DNA of 64,000 nucleotides from an uncultured archaeon (GCA_964558645.1 CAZLEV010000014.1:8773-72772); one strand, 5' to 3'. Counted from the stretch's first letter, positions 1 through 10,579 are shown. Numbers and translations: made by a program. The notes: generated from the sequence alone by a model not told the origin.

Positions 1-153
1 ACCTGCGTTGCGAGTTTCGTCCCTGAATACCGGCAACGGGAGGGTTCCACATGGCGAAGGGGAGTGTACTGAGTATTCACAATCGGCTGCAATGATTGGT
101 CAGAAGAAAGGAGTACTGGGCGGAGATGACCGCCCAGATAGTTCAAATCAAGT

Positions 154-813
154 CTATTTCATGGTCTTGACCCATTCGAAGACCGGCTCGCAGAGCTCCT
201 TGATCCGACGCTTCTCGTCGTTCATCGGGCTTGGCTCCCAGTCATCTGCCGGCTCAAAGTGCCAGTCGGTCACTGTGCCGCGACGAGTCTTCTTGTCGTG
301 CCAGACCACCTTGACGGGCATGCCGAACTCAGCATCCCACGGGTCGAGACCGCGGAGCTCGTTGGCTATAGCCACGTTGCAGCCGTCGACGACCACGTAT
401 GCGAGCACGAAGGGCAGGCGTTTCAATGAGCTCTTACCGCTCCAGCCCGCGATGGTGAATGTATGCACAGTCCCGCGCTGTGCGAGCTCAACCCATTCTG
501 TCTTCTCGAGATTGCAATCCAGACGCCAGCAGTTCACCCTCGGCGGGAAGAACTTGTCACCGCACTTGGGACACTTGGTACCCCAGAACTCGCCGTCAAC
601 GAAGCCCTTGCCGAGCTTCGACACCTCAGCGAGTTTCCAATAGTAGAGCTGATCGTAGTGCAGGTAGACCTTGAACTGCTCCTCGGTGGGATCCCAGTCG
701 TAGCCTACGAAATGGATGCCATCTTCCTTGACGTCGCCCCTGAACTCCTCAGAGTGCTTCTCAGCGTAGTCGACATCGCCAGGAGTCTTGTGTAGTCGTT
801 TGTCTTCTACCAT
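154..813 (-). CDS. Zn-ribbon/OB-fold protein (DUF35 family), thiolase partner
   Basis: CPKC...PPRVNC..C Zn ribbon followed by GTVHTFT...PFVLAYV...GMPVKVVW OB fold; starts 1 nt after the thiolase stop. Confidence 0.9.
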   Translation of the reverse strand: MVEDKRLHKTPGDVDYAEKHSEEFRGDVKEDGIHFVGYDWDPTEEQFKVYLHYDQLYYWKLAEVSKLGKGFVDGEFWGTKCPKCGDKFFPPRVNCWRLDCNLEKTEWVELAQRGTVHTFTIAGWSGKSSLKRLPFVLAYVVVDGCNVAIANELRGLDPWDAEFGMPVKVVWHDKKTRRGTVTDWHFEPADDWEPSPMNDEKRRIKELCEPVFEWVKTMK

Positions 814-814
814 T

Positions 815-2101
815 TCACGGCCTCCTCAGAATGAAGTTCGAGATACTGGTCCCAGTACCTGCATGACTGTTCACAAGCCCGGTCTCTGCGTCCTTGACGT
901 AGGTCTCTGAGCTCAAGTGTCTCTTCGGAGCAAGGTCATTCAAGTGGTACATGCACTCGATTGCGGACATGATACCTGTTGCACCGACCGGATGACCGTA
1001 ACCCATGAGGCCGCCACCCACGTTGGTCGGGACCTCGCCGTCCATGAAGGTCTCCTTGTTTCGTATGAAATCATGGATGTTCTCCTTATCACACCAGTGG
1101 AGAGCCTTGTATATCTGGACCTCAGATGAGCTGAAGGCATCGTGGATCTCTGCAACATCGATCTCCTTGGCTGCCTTCTTGTACTCGATTCCAGCCATAT
1201 CATATGCTACTTCACCAGAACGACGACATGCCGCGAATTCCGTCATGTCAGGGTAGCCTTTTCCGTACATCTCGTTCCAGCCGGGGAAGTCAAGTCTGTC
1301 ACCGGCACGAATGGTGCAACTGCTCAGTCCCGCACCATCTATACGCACATAGGTGTTAGGCGCGTGCTTCTTGGCCCACTCCTCAGATGTCACAAGTGCA
1401 AAGGCTCCACCACGACTCATCAGACAGCAGTCAAACTTCTTCAGCGGGTAGCTGATCAGCCTGCTCTCCATGATGTCGTCCACCGTGAGCTTCTTCTTGT
1501 AGTATCTCGAGTCTGGGTTGTTGTAGTCATGACGATACCACTGTGAACGCTCGTTGTCAGCTGCGTAGTTCCTGTTCTTCATTGCAGCCAGAGCGAAGTC
1601 TTCCTCTGTGAGGTCGTGCTCCTTCATGAACTTGTACGCCATCGCTGCGTAGTAGATCGGATAGATTCCGCCAGCGAGTGCCTCGTAACGTGTATCTGAG
1701 GCGAGTGCAATGAACTCCGAACCCTGTGATTGGGTCACATTGTCCATTGTCTCCCAGCCGTAGACCCCGACAACGTCGAAGAGTCCCGACTTCACCGCCA
1801 TGAATGCTCCGTATAGAGCTGAACCTCCAGTATTTCCGCCGTTCTCGATTCGCACGTGGGGCAGACCAACCAGTCCTAGATGGTCATGCACAATCCATTC
1901 AGGACAGAGCTGCTTTCCAAAGTGCACGCTGAAATGCGAGTAGACCATGAACTCCAGATCCCTAAGAGTGAAATCTGGAATGTCATGCTGCGTTTCAACG
2001 ATGCAGTTGGCAGCCATGGCCTCTGGGGTTATATGCATTGGATAACCAAAAGGAGTTGCTGCGCCACCTGCGATACATACATTCCTAGTCATTCGTATCA
2101 C
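815..2101 (-). CDS. Thiolase-family (SCP-x/archaeal type) protein lacking the canonical N-terminal Cys
   Basis: AEIHDAF and GHPVGATG motifs; RIENGGNTG in place of VENACASG. Confidence 0.9.
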   Translation of the reverse strand: MIRMTRNVCIAGGAATPFGYPMHITPEAMAANCIVETQHDIPDFTLRDLEFMVYSHFSVHFGKQLCPEWIVHDHLGLVGLPHVRIENGGNTGGSALYGAFMAVKSGLFDVVGVYGWETMDNVTQSQGSEFIALASDTRYEALAGGIYPIYYAAMAYKFMKEHDLTEEDFALAAMKNRNYAADNERSQWYRHDYNNPDSRYYKKKLTVDDIMESRLISYPLKKFDCCLMSRGGAFALVTSEEWAKKHAPNTYVRIDGAGLSSCTIRAGDRLDFPGWNEMYGKGYPDMTEFAACRRSGEVAYDMAGIEYKKAAKEIDVAEIHDAFSSSEVQIYKALHWCDKENIHDFIRNKETFMDGEVPTNVGGGLMGYGHPVGATGIMSAIECMYHLNDLAPKRHLSSETYVKDAETGLVNSHAGTGTSISNFILRRP

Positions 2102-2489
2102 GTTTTCCTAGTTTCGCCCTCTCCGAAGAGATGGCCGAGAATATCACGCCGCTTCCCGCGGTACTACTTATACATTACCGTTCATAAGGAGTAGCGCTCT
2201 TTCCGATGCCAGAGGGGTCTTTCGAATGCCAGCATAGGAGCTGACCTAGAAGAGTAACAATATTGACCCCATACTCCAGCCAGTGACTGAGAGCTGGTTG
2301 CGCGCACACCATCACTGACTGCGACAGAGGCCATCCAGTGGAGTCACTAGGGGGACAACACTCCTGAGTCAAAGACCGTTGAAGCAAATGATCAACTGAC
2401 TCCTCGCGACAGCTGGCCAAGCTGATAATCGACAGAACCGGTGCTAGCCGTAAGACTTCTATCCTACGTAGTACACTCAGGTTTCAAAG

Positions 2490-2921
2490 GTGATCGAAGT
2501 GCCATTCTTTGAGAGCTCGGAACAACTGAGAGATGTGTTTGAAGAATTCTGGAAACGTGCAAAAGAAAATGAGGAAGTCATGGAGAAGCTTGAGAAGTCA
2601 GGGATTGTCGTAAGGTTCGACATTGAACAACCCGAACTCCACGTTACAATCGACTTCAAGAATCCAGGTCCAGAGGGTGAACTGGGCACTCTATCATTTG
2701 ACAGTGATGTTGAACCCGAGATTGCTGTCTGGAGCACATCAGAGACCACAAACAAGTTCTGGCAGGGAAAGCTTAACACAACCATAGCCATGGCAAAGAG
2801 AGAAGTCAAGATGGAGGGGTCCATTCCCAAGGCACTGGGACTCCTATCTAAGATTAAGCCGCTCTTCAAGGTGTTTCCAGAGGTCCTGCGGGACAAGGGT
2901 CTTGACCACATGATTGTGTAG
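2490..2921 (+). CDS. SCP2 sterol/lipid-binding domain protein
   Basis: FWQGKLNTTIAMAKREVKMEGSIPKALGL matches the SCP2 C-terminal signature. Confidence 0.8.
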   Translation: MIEVPFFESSEQLRDVFEEFWKRAKENEEVMEKLEKSGIVVRFDIEQPELHVTIDFKNPGPEGELGTLSFDSDVEPEIAVWSTSETTNKFWQGKLNTTIAMAKREVKMEGSIPKALGLLSKIKPLFKVFPEVLRDKGLDHMIV

Positions 2922-2945
2922 AGAAACTGTGAGGACTGAGGAGAA

Positions 2946-3908
2946 GTGAATCATCTTCAACCTGTAGACAGACTTGAGATTGTGATCTTAGTTGACAACT
3001 CCGTCTGCCACAAGCAGACCACGGCCCCGGTAGTCTCGCCGGCATCTGAATGGATGAATCTGCCCGAAGGTATCGAACCGAACCTGCGGTCAGGGCATGG
3101 ACTTGCGCTCTTGGTGAAGACAGAAGTTGATGATAAAGCCCATCAGGTGCTGTATGATACTGGACCGTCGAAGGAACTACTCCTGCACAATGCGTCCGAG
3201 TTAGGGATTGACCTGGAGCAGATCGATGCGATTGCAGTCAGCCATGGGCACTGGGATCACATGGGCGGTCTCCTCGGGGCGATAGAAACCATTGGTAAGC
3301 CAGACATTCCTGTCTACGTCCATGAGGCCATGTTTCGAAAGAGAGGTGTTGAGCGCAAGTTCCTGTTCTGGAAGAGAAACCGAGAGTTCTCCAGAGTTCC
3401 AACAGAACAGGAGATTGAGAGTGCAGGCGGTAGGCTTGTCTATAGCCCCAATCCAACGCCCCTTGCCGATTCCACCCTTGTGACAGGAGGAGAGATTCCC
3501 CGCACTACTTTCTACGAGAAAGGCTTCCCGGGACATAGGGCATTCATCAACTCGGAATGGGTGGAGGATGAAGATGTGATTGATGATAGCTGTTTGGTGG
3601 CACATGTCCGTGAGCGAGGGATAGTCATAATGGCAGGATGCAGTCACGCAGGTGTTGTCAACATCACTCGTCATGCCGCAAGCATAACGGAGGAGAACGA
3701 GATTCTCAACATCCTTGGTGGATTTCATCTGGAAGGCAAGAACGAAGACAGGATAGATCCAACAATCTCGGACCTGCAAAAGCACAGACCACAATACATT
3801 ACGCCCATTCATTGCACAGGATCAAAGGCACAGAAGGAGATGCAAAGTAGCTTCGGGGACAGGTACATCAGGGGATGTGTAGGAGACCGTTTCGTGTTCG
3901 ACGCCTGA
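2946..3908 (+). CDS. MBL-fold metallo-hydrolase (MJ0301/COG1237-like)
   Basis: HGLALLV, YDTG, SHGHWDHMGG, GCSHAG, GGFHL, PIHCTG. Confidence 0.9.
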   Translation: MNHLQPVDRLEIVILVDNSVCHKQTTAPVVSPASEWMNLPEGIEPNLRSGHGLALLVKTEVDDKAHQVLYDTGPSKELLLHNASELGIDLEQIDAIAVSHGHWDHMGGLLGAIETIGKPDIPVYVHEAMFRKRGVERKFLFWKRNREFSRVPTEQEIESAGGRLVYSPNPTPLADSTLVTGGEIPRTTFYEKGFPGHRAFINSEWVEDEDVIDDSCLVAHVRERGIVIMAGCSHAGVVNITRHAASITEENEILNILGGFHLEGKNEDRIDPTISDLQKHRPQYITPIHCTGSKAQKEMQSSFGDRYIRGCVGDRFVFDA

Positions 3909-3983
3909 TAGCAAAAGTATATTAGGCCACAGCGATTGTGTACTATTGTTAAACTTAACTATAATGAATACAGCGTGATTACA

Positions 3984-4190
3984 ATGGCACAGACGATCAC
4001 TAAAGAAATGGGTATATCCGAAGTAGTAATGAAGTGGCCAAAGACAGCCAGAACATTCATGGAATGGGGCCTACACTGCGTGGGGTGCATGGCTGCCAGA
4101 TACGAGAATATCGAGCAGGGTGCAACTGCACACGGTATCGATACGGACAAGCTTGTAGATGCGCTGAACAAGACCGTGGAAGAAGAATAG
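3984..4190 (+). CDS. DUF1858 / hybrid-cluster-associated redox disulfide domain protein
   Basis: ITKEMGISEVVMKWP...GLHCVGC...ENIEQGA..HGID; ATG at 3984 preferred over 3936. Confidence 0.85.
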   Translation: MAQTITKEMGISEVVMKWPKTARTFMEWGLHCVGCMAARYENIEQGATAHGIDTDKLVDALNKTVEEE

Positions 4191-4191
4191 T

Positions 4192-5046
4192 CTATTCATC
4201 ATTGGGCTTGACCCGTCCGTACAGACGGCCTGATTCCTCCTCAGACATCTCGAAGCTGTGATTAGAGTCGGGGAAGCTCCCCTTCCTAACGTCATCAGAA
4301 TATTCTTGCACTGCTTTGACTATCACGCTTCGGATGTCTGCATATTTCTTCACGAACTTTGGTTTGAACTCTTCAAACAATCCCAGCATGTCCCATAATA
4401 CCAAGACCTGTCCGTCACAGTGAGGCCCTGCGCCAATACCAATAGTTGGAATGGTAACAGCCTCTGTGATGAGCCTTGCAGTCTCGCTGGGAACGAGTTC
4501 AATCACCAGAGAAAATGCGCCGGCTGATTCAAGGTCTTTTGCCTGTTCCACAAGAAGTTCGGCCTTGTCTGCTGTCCGCCCCTGTACTCTATAGCCACCA
4601 AGCTCGAAGATCGACTGTGGCGTCAAGCCTATGTGACCCATGACAGGTATACCTGCGTCCACTATGGCCTCAACCGTAGGCAGCACTCTCCCTGCCCCCT
4701 CAATCTTCACTGCTTCAGCACCGCCTTGTTGCAGCATACGACCACAGTTCTCAAGAGCCTGTTCTATGGAGACCTTATAGGACATGAAAGGCATGTCTCC
4801 GACAATCAACGATTTTGGCCCGCCACGTTTCACAGCTGCACAATGGTGGATAACGTCCTCAAGGGTCACAGGGATTGTGCTTTCGTAACCCAACAGTGAG
4901 TTCCCCACGGAATCCCCCACAAGGATGATGTCAACACCGCATTCGCTCAGTATCTTCGCTGTGGGAGCGTCATAGGCTGTGAGCATCACAATCTTCTGAC
5001 CCTTTTCTTTCATCAACTGAATCTTGTGAGTCGTCTTTCGCGCCAA
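4192..5046 (-). CDS. panB: 3-methyl-2-oxobutanoate hydroxymethyltransferase
   Basis: MLTAYD, LVGDS, DMPFMSY, VKIEG, MGHIGLTPQS, IGIGAGPHCDGQVLV; probable TTG start at 5046. Confidence 0.95.
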   Translation of the reverse strand: MARKTTHKIQLMKEKGQKIVMLTAYDAPTAKILSECGVDIILVGDSVGNSLLGYESTIPVTLEDVIHHCAAVKRGGPKSLIVGDMPFMSYKVSIEQALENCGRMLQQGGAEAVKIEGAGRVLPTVEAIVDAGIPVMGHIGLTPQSIFELGGYRVQGRTADKAELLVEQAKDLESAGAFSLVIELVPSETARLITEAVTIPTIGIGAGPHCDGQVLVLWDMLGLFEEFKPKFVKKYADIRSVIVKAVQEYSDDVRKGSFPDSNHSFEMSEEESGRLYGRVKPNDE

Positions 5047-5276
5047 GGCTATTTCATCCGAGTAAGACTGACTCTGACGGTTATATATAGAGTTCCCATA
5101 GTAGATATGAAGCGTATACAGAATACATAGATACATCAACCTTAGACTCTTAACAGGTCATCTGTGGGAGTATATCTTCCGTCTGTGTGGCGCCTCAGAA
5201 CTCTCAACATCAAGGAGCGAGGGAACCAAGCCGACCATGGTCAAGGGAATCTGGACCAACATCAGCCATGTATGCT

Positions 5277-8198
5277 TTACAGCTCTATGTTTCGATCCCT
5301 AAGGTACATCTTGTACAGCTCCATTCCGACGATTGCAGGAAGAGACAAGATGATGCAGATGAACCAGTCATATGATGTGAGCGGCATGAAGTAGAAGTCC
5401 AAACCGTAGAAGCTCAAGATTTCCTGTACGATAGGCACATACATCAGCAGGAGATGTGCCAAGTAGATGAGTCCTAGGAAAAAGACATACCTGATGGTGC
5501 CGGGCTCTCGCAGGCTCTCATGAAGGGGCATATTGATTCTCCGTATGATCAAGACTAATGTGCTCTCTACAAGGAGGATTACGGTTAACATCATGATAGT
5601 GGCCTTCAAGGGAGCGTCTACTATCCCTGCATAGGTTCCGGCAATATTCTCAGGATACAGACCGACCACTCCCATCCAACCAGTAAATGTCAGGAAATAC
5701 GCCATGCCTGTTCCGAAGGCCATAAGGATGACATTGATGGCCATGAACTTGGCAAACGGTCTGTTGATTATCTCCTCGCTATCTCGAGGCTTCTCTTTCA
5801 TTGCATTTGGTGAGACCTTATCAAACACAAGAGCCAGACCGGGGAAAGAGTGCGTGGTCACAACAAGGTAGAGGCTCTGCCATGAGGACAGCATGTTGAC
5901 ATATGCAGGAAGGAAGAATAACGCCCCAAAGAATATGATACTCTCAAAGAGATTGACGGCTATGTAGAAATACACCATCATTCGTATCTTGGCAAAGAGG
6001 CCTCTTCCTTCGTGAACCCCGGTCACGATAGAAGCAAAGCTATCATCGGTGATGACCAGGTCAGCTGCCTCCTTGGCCACATCGGTGCCTGTAATGCCCA
6101 TTGCAATGCCTGCATCACTCATCGCCAATGCGAGTGCATCATTGACTCCGTCACCAGTCATGGCTACTACCTTGCCCTGATCCTGATACCGCTCCACTAT
6201 GACCTGTTTATGCTCAGGATTGACACGGGCAAAAACGTTGACTCTGCCAAAGTCGTCATCTGACAGGTCAGGAATCTCGGTGCCCTCAGCCACGAGAGAG
6301 AAGTCAGACATGATATTGAGATCTGAGGCAATAGTCTTTGCAGTTGCTGAGGCGTCACCCGTGATCATAATGACGTTGATCCCTGCATTGTGGCAGGCGT
6401 CTACAGCCTCGCGAACCCCATATCTCGGGGGGTCAACCAACGAGGCAAACCCAAGATACGTAAGGCCGCGTTCTGTTTCCTCACGTGCTCGGTTCGACCG
6501 AGGCACTGTATTCATATTCTTGTAGGCCAAAGAAATGACCCGATAACCTTGCTCTGCAAATGACACAGACATCTCTTCTATCTTGCGTCGCGTTTCTGAG
6601 TCCAGTGTAGATACGCTATTCCCGTTGTCAACTGAGTCACAGCGCTCAAGGAGTATCTCAGTGGCCCCCTTGACAAAGGCAATGTACTTACCATCATCCT
6701 CGCATATCTTGGACATCCTCTTCAGTCCTGACTCGAAGGGGAATTCTTCGACAATCTTATAATGAGAGCGAAGCGAATCCTCATCTAAGCCGCTCTTGCG
6801 AAAGAGAGTCAGTAGGGCAGCATCGGTTGGATCGCCCAGAGGTGTCCATACCTCTTCACCCTCTTCAGTGACCTGCTTCTTGATGAGAGCAGCGTCGTTG
6901 TTGATTCCTCCACATACTATTAGTTTCTTGAGGGTGGGCATACTAGAAATGTCTGAAACAAGAGAGAGATCTTCAGGATTCGTGTAATCTTGGAGTCTCG
7001 AGTCTCGTACACGATAGATTGCGCCCTCAGGCTCGTAGCCTGTTCCTGTCACCTTGTAAAGATGCTCCGTGTCGCAGATGTAAGTGACCGTCATTGCATT
7101 ACGTGTCATGGTACCTGTCTTGTCTGAACAGATCACGCTGACCCGGCCTAGGCTCTCCACGGCGGAGAGGTCGCGTATGATGACTCCCTGTTTGGCCATT
7201 GCCAATACTCCTGTCAAGAGCACGATTGTGGTCAACAGGGGGATATTGATGGGCATGATGGTCATCGCCCTAGTTATTCCTTCAGTGAGATGCGCAGCAA
7301 CCGCATAGATACCGAAGTCAAATCCAGAGGCATCCAGTAGTGGAAGAACTAATGCACGCCATATGATGGATATGGTCATGAGGCCCACCGCGGCTATCCC
7401 GAGGTATTTCGCAAGCCTATTCACCTTCTTCCTGAGAGGGATATCACCTGTGTTCAGTCTTTCAAGAGAGCCCTGTATCTTGCCAATCTCAGTATTGCTA
7501 CCTATTGCTGTTGCGATAGATAATGCAGTTCCAGTGGCAACATATGTTCCAAAAAAGACCATGTTCTTCATTTCTGTGAGAGGAGCATCTCGTGATACTT
7601 CTACAGACTCTTCTTTGGCTACAGGGACACTCTCTCCAGTCAGAGAGGCTTCATTCACACTCAGATTAGAGGCATTTGCAAGACGAGCGTCAGCAGGCAC
7701 ACGGTCACCCTGCTCAAGCTTGACAATATCACCGGGCACAAGCTCCTGAGGCAAGATCTCTTTCTCCGTTCCATTGCGGATGACCCGGCACTTGCCTGCG
7801 GACAACTTCTCCAGAGCTTCGAGCTTCTTCTGGGCCCGAAACTGCTGAAAGATAGCCACGATACAGTTGACCGTCACAACCGCCAACCAGAGGAGTGCCT
7901 GGCTGATGTCGGTTTCTGGCGAGGGAAAAGCCCATGCTAGGAAGAGGAGCGCAAAGGAACTCACAAGATAGATCGTGATGAGCCAGTTCAATATGGGCGC
8001 AAGGTATACTTTCCAGAAGCTGCCCTTGATTTTCTTGACGGCGTTTGGCCCATACTTGTCCTGGCGCGACTTGACCTCTTCTTCTGAGAGGCCGTTCGCC
8101 ACATCGGTTGAAAGATGCTTGACAACATCCTCAAGTGGCATCGCATGATAATCCACATCTTCTGATGGAGCTGTTGTGATGGCTTCCTGATTGGACAA
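5277..8198 (-). CDS. P-type cation-transporting ATPase (P2 / Ca2+-type)
   Basis: LTGES, CSDKTGT phosphorylation site, KGATE, MITGD, TGDGVNDA; about 10 TM helices. Confidence 0.95.
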   Translation of the reverse strand: MSNQEAITTAPSEDVDYHAMPLEDVVKHLSTDVANGLSEEEVKSRQDKYGPNAVKKIKGSFWKVYLAPILNWLITIYLVSSFALLFLAWAFPSPETDISQALLWLAVVTVNCIVAIFQQFRAQKKLEALEKLSAGKCRVIRNGTEKEILPQELVPGDIVKLEQGDRVPADARLANASNLSVNEASLTGESVPVAKEESVEVSRDAPLTEMKNMVFFGTYVATGTALSIATAIGSNTEIGKIQGSLERLNTGDIPLRKKVNRLAKYLGIAAVGLMTISIIWRALVLPLLDASGFDFGIYAVAAHLTEGITRAMTIMPINIPLLTTIVLLTGVLAMAKQGVIIRDLSAVESLGRVSVICSDKTGTMTRNAMTVTYICDTEHLYKVTGTGYEPEGAIYRVRDSRLQDYTNPEDLSLVSDISSMPTLKKLIVCGGINNDAALIKKQVTEEGEEVWTPLGDPTDAALLTLFRKSGLDEDSLRSHYKIVEEFPFESGLKRMSKICEDDGKYIAFVKGATEILLERCDSVDNGNSVSTLDSETRRKIEEMSVSFAEQGYRVISLAYKNMNTVPRSNRAREETERGLTYLGFASLVDPPRYGVREAVDACHNAGINVIMITGDASATAKTIASDLNIMSDFSLVAEGTEIPDLSDDDFGRVNVFARVNPEHKQVIVERYQDQGKVVAMTGDGVNDALALAMSDAGIAMGITGTDVAKEAADLVITDDSFASIVTGVHEGRGLFAKIRMMVYFYIAVNLFESIIFFGALFFLPAYVNMLSSWQSLYLVVTTHSFPGLALVFDKVSPNAMKEKPRDSEEIINRPFAKFMAINVILMAFGTGMAYFLTFTGWMGVVGLYPENIAGTYAGIVDAPLKATIMMLTVILLVESTLVLIIRRINMPLHESLREPGTIRYVFFLGLIYLAHLLLMYVPIVQEILSFYGLDFYFMPLTSYDWFICIILSLPAIVGMELYKMYLRDRNIEL

Positions 8199-8467
8199 GT
8201 TGTCTACCTCTCGTTGCCTAGAGCAGAAAATCGCCCTGAACCAAATAAATGAACTTGTGCCAAAGCCGACTCACTGATTTCGCTCATAGAGTTCCTCTTC
8301 CGATTTGCTCTTGGGATTATGTCTAGGCCGCCTCCTTAAAACAGAAATGGCTAGAGCTCATATATCTTACCATGCTTCTTAGCCCTAGATGCCATTGCCG
8401 ATAGGTTCATGTGTTCTTGGGAGTCAGCAGACAGGCCGCATTGAACACGGTCCAGCCGGTGAAATAA

Positions 8468-10429
8468 TTGTACAGATACTGGGAACCATCACCTACAAGA
8501 CCCGAGAGGACTGGCTCAGGCACAAGAAAGATCCTGGCCATTATCATCATTGCCATGCTTGTACTCAGCGGCGGGATTTTCATGCTCTTGGAACTGGAGT
8601 TCCCGAGTACAGAGTCTCAAGCGTCAGTCAGAGTTGCCGTACTTGACTCTGGGATGAACATTGATTTGACACTGCAGGGAAAGGTAGTGGCTGAACGGAG
8701 CTTTGTCTTGCCAGAGTTTGGGTATAACATCTCAGACCCATCAGTTTCTGATTCGAGTCCTCAAGGCACTCCTCATGGCACTCTGGTTGCAAAAGGAATT
8801 GTTCAGGCAAGTGGCAACGCACTTCTTGTAAATGCCAAGGTCATGGGCCAGGAGAGAGGAGCAACAACAGAAGGACTCATCGCGGCAATTTACTGGGCAA
8901 TAGAACAGAATTGTTCAGTCATCAACCTGAGTCTCGGAGGAAGCCCTACCTATGGGGATCCATTAGAAGAGGCCATGGAATATGCGTTCTACCAAGGAGC
9001 TGTCGTTGTAGCCGCAGGAGGAAACTCTGGGGAGGGCGGACTAGCAGGAAACACCATATCCACCCCTGCAGTATATCCACATTGCATAGCAGTGGCAGGA
9101 CTCGATGAATATGGACTTCCAGCAGAATACTCCAGTAGGGGCCCAACAGCCACAAGAATGATCAAGCCAGATATCGCAGCCCCCGGTTACGTTGAAACGT
9201 CTTCTGCAAGATACTTCGGTACGAGTTTCGCGGCACCCAAAGTCAGCGCGGGTGCAGCCGACATTATTGCTTACTGCAAGTCCAACAACATCGGTTGGAC
9301 CCCGGGTTTGGTCTTCTCGTTGCTCTTCAGCTCAGCAGAGAGAATGCGCTATGCACCATACGTGGTTGGTGCAGGAAGCCTTGACGTTTCTGCAGCAATC
9401 CACTTACTCAGTCAATTCAATGTGACCGGAACAATACCCCATATCGCTTATGCCCATCCGGAGAGATTGCCACTCGATTTTGAGAGGTTGTTCCTAGGAG
9501 ATAAATACTATTTCAATGTCCAACTGTTTTCATCACAGTATACAACTTTTGAAGTGGAAATAGAGTCCACAACCCCAGAGGTATTCGAGCTTCCTGCGAC
9601 CTATTCAATCAATCAAACTGGTCTGCTCAGAATGAACATCTCAGTACCTACAAGCGGTCAGGGCACGTACGCTGCAAATATCACCTTTGAGGGGGATTCT
9701 TCTGCTACATCACTATTCGTCGAATTCGAGGCTGATGAGCCAGTGGCACGAATTGCATTTGATATCAGCCACACGACGTGGAGTATCGACACCACATACG
9801 GTCAGTTCAAAGAGCTCTATGAGAAGCTCGTCGCTAACGATATATCCGTCACAGAGATCAGAGACAGCTCCCAGACATCGCTTGCCACGCTGCTGGAATA
9901 CGATGGGGTATTCCTTCTCGATCCGTGTGCGTGGGATCTCAACGAATCGACTCCAGACCAGTTTGAACAGTTCTCGCTCCCATTCTCGCAGCAAGAGAAA
10001 GAGGCCTATCAGCAATACTACGAGCAAGGAGGGGGAATGTTCGTGGCAGCATTATCGAACTCAAGTCTCGACATCGCCTCCCTCAATGACTTTCTCAATT
10101 GGACAGGTATCCAGTTCAACTACACAAGAGTGCCTTTCGACTCCAGCCCGGCGCTTGTGGATGACCTTTTCGCCCACCCAATCACCAGTGGCATATCAGA
10201 TTTCGACTTCGTCGGAGCTCCCATGAAGATCCCTGAAGATGCGGTAGCACTCGCCACGCTGCGTGGTAAGATTGTGCTCTCCTGTTTGGAAAAGGAGGGT
10301 AGAGGACGCATTGTCGTTAGCGGTTCCAACTTCTTCATTGACAACTGGGGTATGAGGGGCCAATACAACTCCAATGCCAATGACCTTTTGGCTCTGAAAA
10401 TCACACTATGGATAACAGGTCTACTGTAG
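8468..10429 (+). CDS. Membrane-anchored S8 subtilase with Ig-like middle domain and C-terminal GATase-like (GIFT/DUF4350-like) domain
   Basis: N-terminal TM helix; triad D60 (VAVLDSG), H103 (HGTLVA), S253 (GTSFAAP); C-terminal RIAFDISH...YYEQGGGMFV...GRGRIVVSG. Confidence 0.85.
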   Translation: MYRYWEPSPTRPERTGSGTRKILAIIIIAMLVLSGGIFMLLELEFPSTESQASVRVAVLDSGMNIDLTLQGKVVAERSFVLPEFGYNISDPSVSDSSPQGTPHGTLVAKGIVQASGNALLVNAKVMGQERGATTEGLIAAIYWAIEQNCSVINLSLGGSPTYGDPLEEAMEYAFYQGAVVVAAGGNSGEGGLAGNTISTPAVYPHCIAVAGLDEYGLPAEYSSRGPTATRMIKPDIAAPGYVETSSARYFGTSFAAPKVSAGAADIIAYCKSNNIGWTPGLVFSLLFSSAERMRYAPYVVGAGSLDVSAAIHLLSQFNVTGTIPHIAYAHPERLPLDFERLFLGDKYYFNVQLFSSQYTTFEVEIESTTPEVFELPATYSINQTGLLRMNISVPTSGQGTYAANITFEGDSSATSLFVEFEADEPVARIAFDISHTTWSIDTTYGQFKELYEKLVANDISVTEIRDSSQTSLATLLEYDGVFLLDPCAWDLNESTPDQFEQFSLPFSQQEKEAYQQYYEQGGGMFVAALSNSSLDIASLNDFLNWTGIQFNYTRVPFDSSPALVDDLFAHPITSGISDFDFVGAPMKIPEDAVALATLRGKIVLSCLEKEGRGRIVVSGSNFFIDNWGMRGQYNSNANDLLALKITLWITGLL

Positions 10430-10547
10430 AATATGATGTACAGATGCCAAGTGCTTCCAGATACACTTAGCTTGCTTAGATTCGGAAGGTTAAAAGGGAG
10501 CACTTCATAGTCAACGCACACAAAAAACCGAGTCGAAAATCGGATGC

Positions 10548-10579
10548 GCTGATGGCCGAGGTTATCCTTGGTCATCAGC
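10548..10579 (+). other. 14-bp intergenic stem-loop
   Basis: GCTGATGGCCGAGG-TTAT-CCTTGGTCATCAGC, with two G-U pairs if transcribed from the + strand. Confidence 0.55.

Noticed and set aside
8-643. This and other antisense or alternate-frame ORFs (e.g. 3201-3812, 29539-29889, 35508-36170, 56262-56993)
   Set aside because: They shadow well-supported genes and lack recognisable motifs
2430-2452. ACAGAACCGGTGCTAG loosely resembles the 3' end of RNase P RNA
   Set aside because: No matching 5' GAGGAAAGTCC-type P4 strand upstream
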